Assembly: GCA_951406725.2 (NCBI GenBank)
Contig: OX597815.1
Span: 7,750,001-7,814,000, forward strand
Direction: 5' to 3'
Origin: Octopus vulgaris
Lineage: Eukaryota
Length of the DNA stretch: 64,000 nt
Part shown: piece by piece, positions 1-11,974 of the stretch
Numbering within the stretch: position 1 is the first letter of the stretch
How the letters are laid out: each line of letters opens with the position of its first letter
Made by a program: the position numbers and the translations under genes
The notes under the pieces: generated by a model
What the model was told of the DNA's origin: nothing
What the model saw: the letters and a program-made list of their open reading frames with translations, nothing else
Database searches by the model: none

Positions 1-140
1 TGCCTCCCACCTCAGTGGAAGATTTATAATAATCAAAAAATAGAAGATACATACATACATACATACATATGTATGTATGTATGTATGTATGTATCTTCTA
101 TTTTTTGATTATTATAAATCTTCCACTGAGGTGGGAGGCA
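1..140. repeat. Near-perfect palindrome (69-bp arms, 2-nt centre) made of two tail-to-tail LINE 3' ends joined at (ATAC)n/(GTAT)n
   Basis: 1-69 is the exact reverse complement of 72-140; the left arm runs off the window start. Confidence 0.95.
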
Positions 141-340
141 GTTTCCAACAAAGATACAAGGCTCCATCTTTGGGATGTAGTTAACACAGACAAATTCATA
201 TTTGGAACTTGAGAAAAAGCTTGCATATTTTTACTGTTCCACTCACTAATTGTACTTGTAATGTATGAATTAGCCGGTCGATTTCTCTTTCTGTAAACCT
301 CAGTTTATCCAGATTCTCCTTTAAGCATTTACTAACAAAA
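91..340 (-). mobile_element. 5'-truncated RLE-type (R4/Dong-like) LINE 3' end in (TACA)n
   Basis: Minus-strand peptide FVSKCLKENLDKLRFTEREIDRLIHTLQVQLVSGTVKICKLFLKFQI* matches the C-terminus of the longer copies at ~23900/25110 and ~31600; followed by a 3' UTR and (ATAC)n. Confidence 0.8.
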
Positions 341-596
341 TGTATGTATGTATGTATGTATGTATGTATGTATGTATGTATGTATGTATGTATGTATGTA
401 TGTATGTATGTATGTATGCATGCATGCGTGTGTGTATGTATGTATGTATGTATGTATGTATGTATGTATGTATGTATGTATGTATGTATGTATGTATGTA
501 CGTATGTATACCTGCATGCAAACATATATACATGCATGCATGTGTCTATTATGTATATATGTATATATACATGTATGTTTGCATGTATGTATGCAT

Positions 597-938
597 GTAT
601 ATAGGTATGATTTTTATTTGAGTTCTTCAGAGAGTTCAAGCCAGTTGCTGCTAAGAAAGATCTGAGTTTAGAGAGTTCCCGGTGTTTGTAATTATACGGC
701 TGACTTGGTTTGTTGGTTGAATTGTCGATGCATACACCCAAGTGTGTGCGTCTATTCTCATACGAATCTCAGATGAAGAATATTGGGAATGTTTTACACA
801 TCTTCACTGTGCCACTAATAGATTGGTTTAGGAGAATCCACATCAGCTTCTTTAGTTCTTTATCCGTGAAACCGAGTATTTTTAGATTTTTGTGCAAATT
901 TGATGGTACGTAACCTAATGCACCCGTGACAATTCCTT
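597..938 (-). mobile_element. 5'-truncated RLE-type (R4/Dong-like) LINE 3' end, related subfamily, in (TACA)n
   Basis: IVTGALGYVPSNLHKNLKILGFTDKELKKLMWILLNQSISGTVKMCKTF; flanked by (GTAT)n on both sides; 3' UTR similar to 45495-45700. Confidence 0.8.
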
Positions 939-1479
939 TGTATGTATGTATGTATGTATGTATGTATGTATGTATGTATGTATGTATGTATGTATGTATG
1001 TATGTATGCATGCATGTACGTATGTGTATGGATGCATGCATATATGTATTCAAGTATATATCGTTACTATTATGTCAAACTCTTCTAAGTCCAAATGCGG
1101 CCAAATGTATTTTCTGCAATATTTATTTTTGCTTGCAATAGCCAGTTCTTTTGGTCAGACTATCGTATCTCCAACTCCTTCAGATGCCAAGACATCAAAA
1201 ACTATCAAAGTGTAGTACAACGGTTTTGCTATGGAATAGTGAAACTATTTTTTCGTTCTCTGAAAAAGCAACGCTTTGGACTTACAAAGCAAGATTATGT
1301 ATGTGCATGTATATACGTTTCTATGTTTCAAGTTATATGAGCCACTGTTTTGCACTTAGACATTTGAAGTTCTGCATAGATGCACATTTTCAAGGATACA
1401 TCCTGCGGCTATGCGACGTTTATAAAACTTTCCACAGACCTGGTCAATACTGCATGTTACTACTTGTATCTATGTAGGT

Positions 1480-2431
1480 AAGGCGGCGAGCTGGCAGAGT
1501 CGTTAGCACGCCGGGCGAAATGCGTAGTCGTATTTCGTCTGCCGTTACGTTCTGAGTTCAAATTCCTCCGAGGTCGACTTTGCCTTTCATCCTTTCGGGG
1601 TCGATAAATCAAGTACCAGTTACGCACTGCGGTCGATGTAGTCGACTTAATCCCTTTGTCTGTCCTTGTTTGTCCCCTCTGTGTTTAGCCCCTTGTGGGT
1701 AGTAAAGAAATAGGTATTTCGTCTGCCGATACGTTCTGAGTTCAAATTCCGCCAAGGTCGACTTTGCCTTTCATCCTTTCGGGCCCGATAAATTAAGTAC
1801 CAGTTACGCACTATAATCGACTTAATCCGTTTGTCTGTCCTTGTTTGTCCCCTCTGTGTTTAGCCCCTTGTGGGTAGTAAAGAAATAGGTATTTCGTCTG
1901 CCGATACGTTCTGAGTTCAAATTCCGCCAAGGTCGACTTTGCCGTTCATCCTTTCAGGCCCGATAAATTAAGTACCAGTTACGCACTATAATCGACTTAA
2001 TCCGTTTGTCTGTCCTTGTTTGTCCCCTCTGTGTTTAGCCCCTTGTGGGTAGTAAAGAAATAGGTATTTCGTCTGTCGTTACGTTCTGAGTTCAAATTCC
2101 GCCGGGGTCGACTTTGCCTTTCATCCTTTCGGGCTCGATAAAATTACGTACCAGTTACGCACTGGGGTCGATATAATCGACTTAATCCGTTTGTCTGTCC
2201 TTGTTTGTCCCCTCTGTGTTTAGCCCCTTGTGGGTAGTAAAGAAATAGGTATTTCGTCTGCCGCTACGTTCTGAGTTCAAATTCCGCCGAGGTCGACTTT
2301 GCCTTTCATCCTTTCAGGGTCGATTAAATATGTACCAGTTACGCACTGGGGTCGATATAATCGACTTAATCCGTTTGTCTGTCCTTGTTTGTCCCCTCTG
2401 TGTTTAGCCCCTTGTGGGTAGTAAAGAAATA
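1480..2431 (+). mobile_element. tRNA-derived SINE (family M, Meta-domain-like) as a head plus 5-unit tandem concatemer
   Basis: Head AAGGCGGCGAGCTGGCAG with A-box-like and B-box-like (GAGTTCAAATT) motifs; units start GTATTTCGTCTG at 1530, 1714, 1889, 2064, 2249; core GCCTTTCATCCTTTCGGGGTCGATAAA..AAGTACCAG. Confidence 0.9.
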
Positions 2432-2774
2432 TATTTATATCTATGTATGTTTATATGTGTACATGTTTCTACATATACGTAAGCGCACATATGTCTGTAT
2501 GAGTGTGTGTGTCGTGGTCAGGTATCTTGAGAGTGTTACCGGTAACGTGTAATGTTTTGGATGCTCTGCAGGATGAAATGCATAACTTGTGAAGAGTAGA
2601 TGAACTCAGAGGAGTCAATAATCCTCCACTAATCTGCACACACGACTGTGCATGTTTAGTACCAGTTTTCATTTGTTCAGTGAAGCATGCAACAAACAAG
2701 TTACCTTCTGCACACCTTCTATGTCGACGGTAGCAAGAGAGCGACGGCAACCGGTGCAGCTGGCAACATACTGA

Positions 2775-2833
2775 TGATGGACAATGATGGACGATGATGG
2801 ACAATGATGGACAATGATGGACAATGATGGACA
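2775..2833. repeat. 10-bp minisatellite (ATGATGGACA) about x6
   Basis: Direct reading. Confidence 0.9.
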
Positions 2834-3019
2834 AACAGCCGTAGTCTCTGGTGCACGCAGCGTGTGGTGTAGCCGTGAGCAGTCGCCATTCTCTGACCTA
2901 TCAAGGGACTACGTTCCTTGTTCGAGTGCTGCGTAGTCAGTGAAGGCCTTCATTGATTGATGTCGAAACTTCTTGAAGTTACAGACGGAGGACATTCGCC
3001 ACAAAGATCATCAGGAATC

Positions 3020-3212
3020 ACACATTTATGGCAATGAAATATCATTTCCTCCGTCATTTCAGGCGCATGGGTGTTCTGGTACAGGCGAGGGTGTTGCATT
3101 GATTCATCGATCCTTTGACTTTGCGTCTCTAGCTGAAATCCTGAGTCATTTTCTTCATTGATCGCCAGTTGGGGTATCATGACAACCTTAGGATATCTCC
3201 GTTTTCTGTTTT

Positions 3213-3215
<3 letters not shown>
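3020..3215 (-). pseudogene. Possible highly decayed Gypsy integrase N-terminal fragment
   Basis: One minus frame reads TEIS*GCHDTPTG...LRIS...TPSPVPEHPCA*..DISLP, resembling HD.P..GH / P.PVP..PW / DFI..LP of LTR-retrotransposon integrases; several stops. Confidence 0.3.
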
Positions 3216-3294
<79 letters not shown>

Positions 3295-3440
3295 CACTGT
3301 ATCACTGCATCGATTAGACTATCAGATGTTTTTATACAACACAGGACACAATGCTCTTCCTCCTATTGTCTCCCTGAGCGTAAACTTAATACGCCCTTCC
3401 TTTTGTCCTTTCATTTTGTCTTTGCGTTTTTCTGATGACC

Positions 3441-3470
3441 ACATACATATACATACATACATACATACAT

Positions 3471-3501
<31 letters not shown>

Positions 3502-3637
3502 TGCATGCATGCATGCATGCATACATACATACATACATACATGCATACATACATACATACATACATACATGCATACATACATACATACATACATACATAC
3601 ATACATACATGCATACATACATACATACATACATACA

Positions 3638-3671
<34 letters not shown>

Positions 3672-4252
3672 CATACATACATACATACATACATACATAC
3701 ATACATACGTACATACATACATACATACATACATACATACATACATACATACATACATACATACATACATACATACATACATACATACATACATACATAC
3801 ATACATACATACATACATACATACATACATACATACATACATACATACATACATACATACATACATACATACATACATACATACATACATACATACATAC
3901 ATACATACATACATACATACATACATACATACATACATGCATACATACATACATACATGCATGCATACATACATACATACATACATACATACATACATAC
4001 ATACATACATACATACATAGATACATACATACATACATACATACATACATACATACATACATGCATGCATGCATACATACATACATACATACATACATAC
4101 ATACATACATACATACATACATACATACATACATACATACATGCATACATAGATACATACATACATACACACATACACACATACATACATGCATACATAG
4201 ATACATACATACATACATACACACATGCATACATACATACATGCATATATAT
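3441..4252. repeat. Long (ATAC)n microsatellite (~0.8 kb)
   Basis: Direct reading; source of the HTYI/MYVC ORFs. Confidence 0.98.
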
Positions 4253-4404
4253 ATTAAGATTAATGTAAAAAATAAATAACGCTGAAGCAAAGTAACACCA
4301 AATATACAGTGCGTGTGTTTTTATTGCCTAAACTGGCAAAATGACCATTCCTAAATACAACAATATCTGTTTCAACACACGATTTCACATCAAAAATCTT
4401 GCAA

Positions 4405-4408
<4 letters not shown>
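4252..4408. repeat. Dispersed repeat, also present rearranged at 13998-14204
   Basis: Shared ATTAAGATTAATGTAAAAA...AAACTGGCAAAATGACCATTCC...GTTTCAACACACG. Confidence 0.8.
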
Positions 4409-4464
<56 letters not shown>

Positions 4465-4466
4465 TA

Positions 4467-4667
4467 AAGTTAATCCAAACAAGAAAGCACAAAAAAACAC
4501 AACAACGAAAGGACGTGGAACAAATATAGTATTATTGGACGCTCAGGAAAGAAGGAAAGAAGGAGGGTTTAACGTTTCGAGCGGAGCTCTTCGTCGGAAA
4601 CATAGGAGAAGGAAAGATCCAGAGAAGGGAAGACAGAGGAAAAAAATCGCCAACGGTACACACAAGG

Positions 4668-4670
<3 letters not shown>
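4467..4670 (-). mobile_element. Penelope-like pLTR fragment in (TA)n
   Basis: Near-identical to 50736-50909; carries an HHR motif; flanked by (TA)n on both sides. Confidence 0.7.
4567..4601 (-). ncRNA. Minimal type I hammerhead ribozyme motif (variant core CCGACGA)
   Basis: GTTT-CCGACGA-A-GAGC(TCC)GCTC-GAAA-C-GTT-AAAC; helix I GTTT/AAAC; palindromic helix III region AACGTT. Confidence 0.65.
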
Positions 4671-4735
<65 letters not shown>

Positions 4736-4949
4736 ATGTAGGACTAAAGGCAAGAGCACGAAGAGTCCTTTTCCAGATCATCTCTATCCTACCCTTTTAT
4801 CTCTCTTCCACTTGCCTTATTCCTATATTTATTATATCTCTTCGCTCCTATCCCTATTCCTGTACCGTTTTCTAACGGGCTTCTAACTGGAGTGTTATCC
4901 GGGCAAAATACTTTATAAGCTCTCCGTTAATACTCCAGGGTAACAATAT

Positions 4950-6362
4950 TCTTTTACTCTTTTACTCTTTTACTTGTTTCAGTCAGTTGACTGCGGCCAT
5001 GCTGGAGCACCACCTTTAATCGAGCAACCCGACCCCGGGACTTATTCTTTGTAAGCCCAGTACTTATTCTATCGGTCTCTTTTGCCAAACCGCTAAGTGA
5101 CGGGGACGTAAACACACCAGCATCGGTTGTCAAGCAATGCTAGGGGGACAAACACAGACACACAGACATATACACACACACACAGGCGACATACTTAGAT
5201 TGTTGAAAAATCGATAATACGGTCCCTGGAAGGGCCCTTTATATCTACCTCATATAGCTATTTTTAAACACCCAAGGGAAATAACCCATAGCACCTGTAC
5301 AATATTTTTAAAACATGTTTATATTTATGTTCGATTACTTTTACTAGTGATTTCTTGTGCGTCCTATTTCTAATTTTTGCAGACAATATCACTTTTATGC
5401 TTTATTTGACACGTGAGTAGAATTCATGTCTGGAAACCTAGTGACATACTTTGATTGTTGAAAAAATCGATAATAGGGCTCTTCCAATCGATCCTTCTAT
5501 CTACTACATATTACTAATATTTTATTTAAACAACCCAAGGGAAATAATCCATACCATCTGCAGATTTTAGCGAAGCGATCAATATCTGATTCTCACGATC
5601 AGCCGACTGCATTTCACTACTCACAGTTTTGAACTGCTAAACATTATGATTGCACTTCCTTAATCTGTATCTTAAATATTAAAGAAATGTAAGTATTCAT
5701 AAATGTAAGTATTCATACATTTCTATACATAAATACTTTTTTTAATGCCCATTAATCCAATAATTCTGCATTGTTACAGTTACACTTTTTCCATGACAGT
5801 AGATGAATTTTTTATTCCACAACGTGGCTTCATGCAGGCATAGCGTGGATTCGATCCTCGATTGCCAAATTTCACTTAACACTTCAACAGCGCTTTTCTC
5901 ACGGTAAAATAATAGTTTTTCTGTGAATGTCAGCAGTCGTACATTTCCCAGATTCCTTCGCTAAGCAGAATAATGTCATTGCCTCTCACCAACCACCGAC
6001 AATCTTTCTTGCCAACCTCCAACAATCTCTCCCTCCTACAGCTGACAGTATTTTGTACTTTTTCTTGACAGAAAATACACCTTTTGTGGCTGTTATAACG
6101 AAATTGCTTTCTTATATCAGAGTAATAAGGCGTTTCAATAGAACATCTTTACCCCCGGGAATTACTGGGTACATCAGCTTGTATATATATATATATATAT
6201 ATATACGACGAGCTTCTTTCAGCTTCCGCCTACAAAATTCACTCACAAGGCTTTGATCGACTCGAGGCCATAGTAGAAGACGCTTGCCCAAGGTGCCACG
6301 CAGTGAGACTGAACCTGGAACCATGTGGTTGGTAAGCAAGCTACTTACCACACAGCCTCTCC
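4950..6362 (-). mobile_element. SINE family C split by a ~1-kb insertion in its internal microsatellite
   Basis: 3' half 4950-5183 with (CTTTTA)n tail; 5' half 6182-6362; both halves match intact copies such as 34310-34731. Confidence 0.85.
5184..6181 (+). mobile_element. Probable non-autonomous Helitron-like insertion
   Basis: Ends with an imperfect hairpin CCCGGGAATTACTGGG then CTTG|T; internal ~120-bp imperfect direct repeats at 5187-5310 and 5442-5562. Confidence 0.45.
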
Positions 6363-6364
6363 TT

Positions 6365-6790
6365 TTATTTTTTAATTGTTTCGATCATTGGACTGCAGTG
6401 ATGATGTGGTACCGTTTGGTAGGGTTCAGTCGGACTGGTCGTGAGTCTAGTTCCTTTCCCACTCAATCATTTTTGCCGAATCGCTAAGTTCCAGGACCGT
6501 AGACAGACCAACATCGGTTGTCACACAGTGGGAGACAAATACATACACAGGCACGCACACACACACGCACACACACACACACGCACACACACAAACACAC
6601 ACACACACACACACACATGCACTCAAAAACATACACACATGGCGGTCTGTTATAGGTTTCGCTTCTTAAATTAATTTACTAGGCTCGCAGCAGCTATAAG
6701 AGAAGACACTTCTTGCGCAAGGTGTCGTGCACTGAGATTGAACTTGCAACCACAACGTTGCGAAGCGAACTTCTCATAAATACACGCATG
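6365..6790 (-). mobile_element. Degenerate SINE family C
   Basis: Colinear with family C, with internal (CA)n. Confidence 0.75.
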
Positions 6791-6835
6791 TGCGCTGATA
6801 CACACACACGCACGCACTTGTAAGCGCGCGCGCAA

Positions 6836-6949
<114 letters not shown>

Positions 6950-7010
6950 ATTTGTATATATATATATATATATATCTATATATCTATATATATATATATT
7001 TCTATATGTT

Positions 7011-7047
<37 letters not shown>

Positions 7048-7062
7048 TTATGTATATATGCT

Positions 7063-7113
<51 letters not shown>

Positions 7114-7224
7114 ATGCATATATTGCACATCAATGAATAGGTGTTATATCGATGTACTCACCAGCACGCGAATACCCCCTCCGTGCCTCTTCGTTTCACA
7201 CATCATCTACACTCAAAAATTCCC

Positions 7225-8225
<1,001 letters not shown>

Positions 8226-8950
8226 TGCTGCCGTTGCGAAAGCTTACCTAAATTCCAATTCCAGTTCAGCATTCCATTCTTCAAACCCAAACTTCTACAG
8301 CTAAATAAAATAGAAAAGAAAAATGGAATGAAATAAAATAAAATAAAATAAAATAAAATATCAAAATAAAACCAACAATGAAGGGCAATAACTCTAGTGA
8401 AACAAGTATGTGAAAATCAAATTTTGTGAAATTAATTCTTAATGTTTTTATAATTATCTCCCCATTTCTGTTTCCGTCGCTCTCAATTATCGCACCATTT
8501 TTTTTTCTCTCAATCAGAAAAGTAATTTAAAATTCTCTGTGAAGTTTTGCGTGCATCATTCTGGGACTTCAACCATTTCCTGACACGTTAACATCTCTCC
8601 TACTTGTGTCAAGAACTCTTCAGGAGTTCTGGTAACAAGCTACACCTACTCTCCTTCCCTACGCAACTTTGTCTTCGTGCCACTCACTCTTTCTCTCTCT
8701 CTCTCCCTCTTTCTCTCCCTCTCCCTCTCACTCTGATTTTTCTTTCGCTTTTTACCACCGTCTATCAGGTTTCTACGTACTTTTGTATATATATATGTAT
8801 GCATGCGTATATGTATGTATGCATGTCTGTATTTATGTATGAATGTATGTATGCATCTATGTGAATTTGTGTCCGTAAGTATACATATATATTCATATAT
8901 GTTTGCGCACAAACATACACACACACATATAAATATATTCACAAACATAT

Positions 8951-8993
<43 letters not shown>

Positions 8994-9089
8994 TTCTTTT
9001 AAAGCTGAGACAAAAGACAAATCAAGTGAGAGATCAATATGTTGAGTGACATACGATAGAGTGACAGATAGATCGATCGATCAATCGAA

Positions 9090-9427
<338 letters not shown>

Positions 9428-9744
9428 AGTGAGAGAAAGAATCAACGGATGTTAATATCTTTCGCATGTGACACGCATACGCGTATGAATGATGTGTAAT
9501 GTGTGTGTGTAATGTTTGTGTATAAGTGAATCTATGAGTACGTATGCGTAGGTATTAGTATTTATATGTGCATGTATGTGCATCTTCGTGTGTATGAATG
9601 TGTGTGTGTGTGTAAATGTAGGTCATACATATGCAAATTCACCTTGTTTTAAAGAGCCTTCAGAACAATTGCAGGAAATATTACGGTGAAGACATAAGAG
9701 AAGATTTTTATATTGTGCAACGGTACCGTCCTTTGGCATAACTG

Positions 9745-9779
<35 letters not shown>

Positions 9780-9901
9780 GCACACTGGCACATACATGCG
9801 CAGAAATATCCTCATGCATATGTCACTCCTACACATGCGTATATATATATATATATATATATAAATATATATATATATAGAAAGGAAGGCAGATGAATGT
9901 A

Positions 9902-9936
<35 letters not shown>

Positions 9937-9939
9937 AGT

Positions 9940-10158
9940 CTTTTACTTGTGTCATTCATTTGTCTGCGGCCATGCTGGAGCACCACCTTTAGTCGAATAA
10001 ATTGACCCCAGGACTAATTCTCTGTAAGCCTAGTACTTATTCTATCGGTTTCTTTTTGCCAACCTCTCAGTGACGAGGACGTAAACACACCAACATCGGT
10101 TGTCAAATGATGGTAGGGAGACAAACACAGACACAAACAACAAACACACACACAGAAA

Positions 10159-10222
<64 letters not shown>

Positions 10223-10338
10223 GACGGGCTTCTTTCAGTTTCTGTCTACCAAATCCACTCACAAGGCTTTGGTCGGCCCGAGGCTATAGTAGAAGACACT
10301 TGTCCAAGGTGACATGCAATGGGACTGAACTCGGAGCC
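9940..10338 (-). mobile_element. SINE family C
   Basis: Matches the other family C copies, with internal (CA)n(TA)n. Confidence 0.9.
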
Positions 10339-10430
10339 TTGTGTGTGTGTGTGTTAAATAAAATGATAAAATGAGACAACAAAGCCAAACTTGTGTGGAA
10401 TTTACAGGACATTTATAAAGAAAAAGTTAG

Positions 10431-10476
10431 TCTTACAGCTGTTTCTGGGATATTAAGGATATTCCTTCATCAGAGA
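10431..10476 (-). ncRNA. Type I hammerhead ribozyme motif
   Basis: TCT-CTGATGA-AGGAATAT(CCTTA)ATATCCCA-GAAA-CAGCTG-TA-AGA. Confidence 0.75.
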
Positions 10477-10657
10477 GGATAGGAGAGAGTTAACTAAAAG
10501 GAAATTGTAGAGTTCAATATAAGGGGTTATTTTGGAAAAAGGATAGCTATAGTAAATATAAAGGGACATAAGAGAATAAAAATATAAATATATGTCGGAC
10601 GTTACAGTTGCAGTTCAATTTTACAAAATAACTCTACAATTTCCTTCTAGTTAACTC

Positions 10658-10703
10658 TCTCTGATGAAGGGATATCCCCAATATCCCAGAAACAGCTGTA
10701 AGA
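10658..10703 (+). ncRNA. Type I hammerhead ribozyme motif, canonical core
   Basis: TCT-CTGATGA-A-GGGATAT(CCCCA)ATATCCC-A-GAAA-CAGCTG-TA-AGA; 7-bp helix II, palindromic helix III, GUA triplet. Confidence 0.82.
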
Positions 10704-10889
10704 CTACCCCTATCTTTATAAATCTGCTATAAATTGCACACAGCCTGGGCTTTGTTGTCTCATTTTATTTAGCATATACCTGGTCACACAAGACCGCACT
10801 AGACTCCTCACTCGTATTATTATCGAACCGTGGCACTTACATAGCCTTCCCTGCCATCTTCGGTCTTCTGGATACCAAGACCGCACACA

Positions 10890-10973
<84 letters not shown>

Positions 10974-11115
10974 AGAGACCCACGGAGGATTCGATCAAAA
11001 CACATACATGCATATGAATATATACACACACAAAAACTCCCGCACGGGTATATATATATATATGAAGAGCAGATGAATGTATGTATGTATGTATGTATGT
11101 ATGTATGTATGTATG

Positions 11116-11151
<36 letters not shown>

Positions 11152-11154
<3 letters not shown>

Positions 11155-11227
11155 GCTCATATTCCAAATACTTGTACATCGTATTTTTTTGTTGTACAAA
11201 TTTTGTAACGTCCTGTGCCCACATATG

Positions 11228-11279
<52 letters not shown>

Positions 11280-11329
11280 CACATATACACATCCGTGTAT
11301 GTACATACTTACAGCTATACGTATATATA

Positions 11330-11367
<38 letters not shown>

Positions 11368-11787
11368 CATATGTGGGTACATGAAGTCACGAAATGTTTC
11401 CAACAAAAAACACAATGTACGAGTATTTGGAATATGAACTATTTTTCGAACAACGAAAGACACATATGGAAAACAAGACAAATAACATAAAGAACGACCT
11501 TTCATCAGTTGTTGGCTGTAGTTCTACTCTCGTATTTCGAGCATTTACCAACAATATACACTTTCGATAAAACAGTTGCTCCCGCAAAGCAAATGAAATA
11601 AAGTTTGGATTTTTGCGGAGGGCCAAAATTGGTAACACAAACAGGAAGCGAAAACAAACAGGAAGAGATGCTAAGCCTAAACGAGGTTGTGGAGGCGAAC
11701 GCGTAAATCAAGCTTTGACAGGAGACAGACAAGAACACGTCTTCCTTGTTCCAGCTACAACGGAGGGAAAGAAAGAAACGCAAGTTA

Positions 11788-11790
<3 letters not shown>
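11152..11790. repeat. pLTR-like repeat (11364-11790) with an ~80-bp inverted copy of its end (11152-11231) across (TA)n
   Basis: AAGCATATGTGGG...GTATTTGGAATATGA.CTATT present in both orientations. Confidence 0.65.
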
Positions 11791-11820
<30 letters not shown>

Positions 11821-11940
11821 TAGATAGATAGATAGATAGATGTAATAAATAAAAAAAGAACATGCACAAAAAATATAACAGTGCTAGGACGTGGTATATG
11901 TAATGTATTAGCAGACGCTCAGGGAAGGAAAGAAAGAAGG

Positions 11941-11974
11941 TTTAACGTTTCGAGCAGATGCTCTTCTTCGGAAA
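11941..11974 (-). ncRNA. Minimal hammerhead motif (core CCGAAGA) in pLTR-like repeat ~11840-12030
   Basis: TTT-CCGAAGA-A-GAGCA(TC)TGCTC-GAAA-C-GTT-AAA; flanks homologous to 4467-4670. Confidence 0.6.

Larger units (their letters stand above)
10366..10770. mobile_element. Inverted pair of Penelope-like pLTR segments, each with a hammerhead
   Basis: 10366-10514 is a diverged reverse complement of 10630-10770. Confidence 0.8.

Noticed and set aside
1106-1215. Signal-peptide-like MYFLQYLFLLAIASSFGQ
   Set aside because: Only 36 codons; the opposite strand (ILQKIHLAAFGLRRV*) resembles a decayed R4-like LINE end
1480-2431. Regular array resembling CRISPR
   Set aside because: Whole units repeat with no unique spacers, no cas genes, eukaryotic SINE
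2950-3215. Complex ORF KENRKRRYPKVV... as a host exon
   Set aside because: No recognisable domain or clear splice sites; another frame looks more like an integrase relic; not fully excluded
3158-4290. Long ORFs (up to 373 aa) of HTYI/MYVC
   Set aside because: Translations of (ATAC)n, open in several frames on both strands; same applies to similar ORFs across the window
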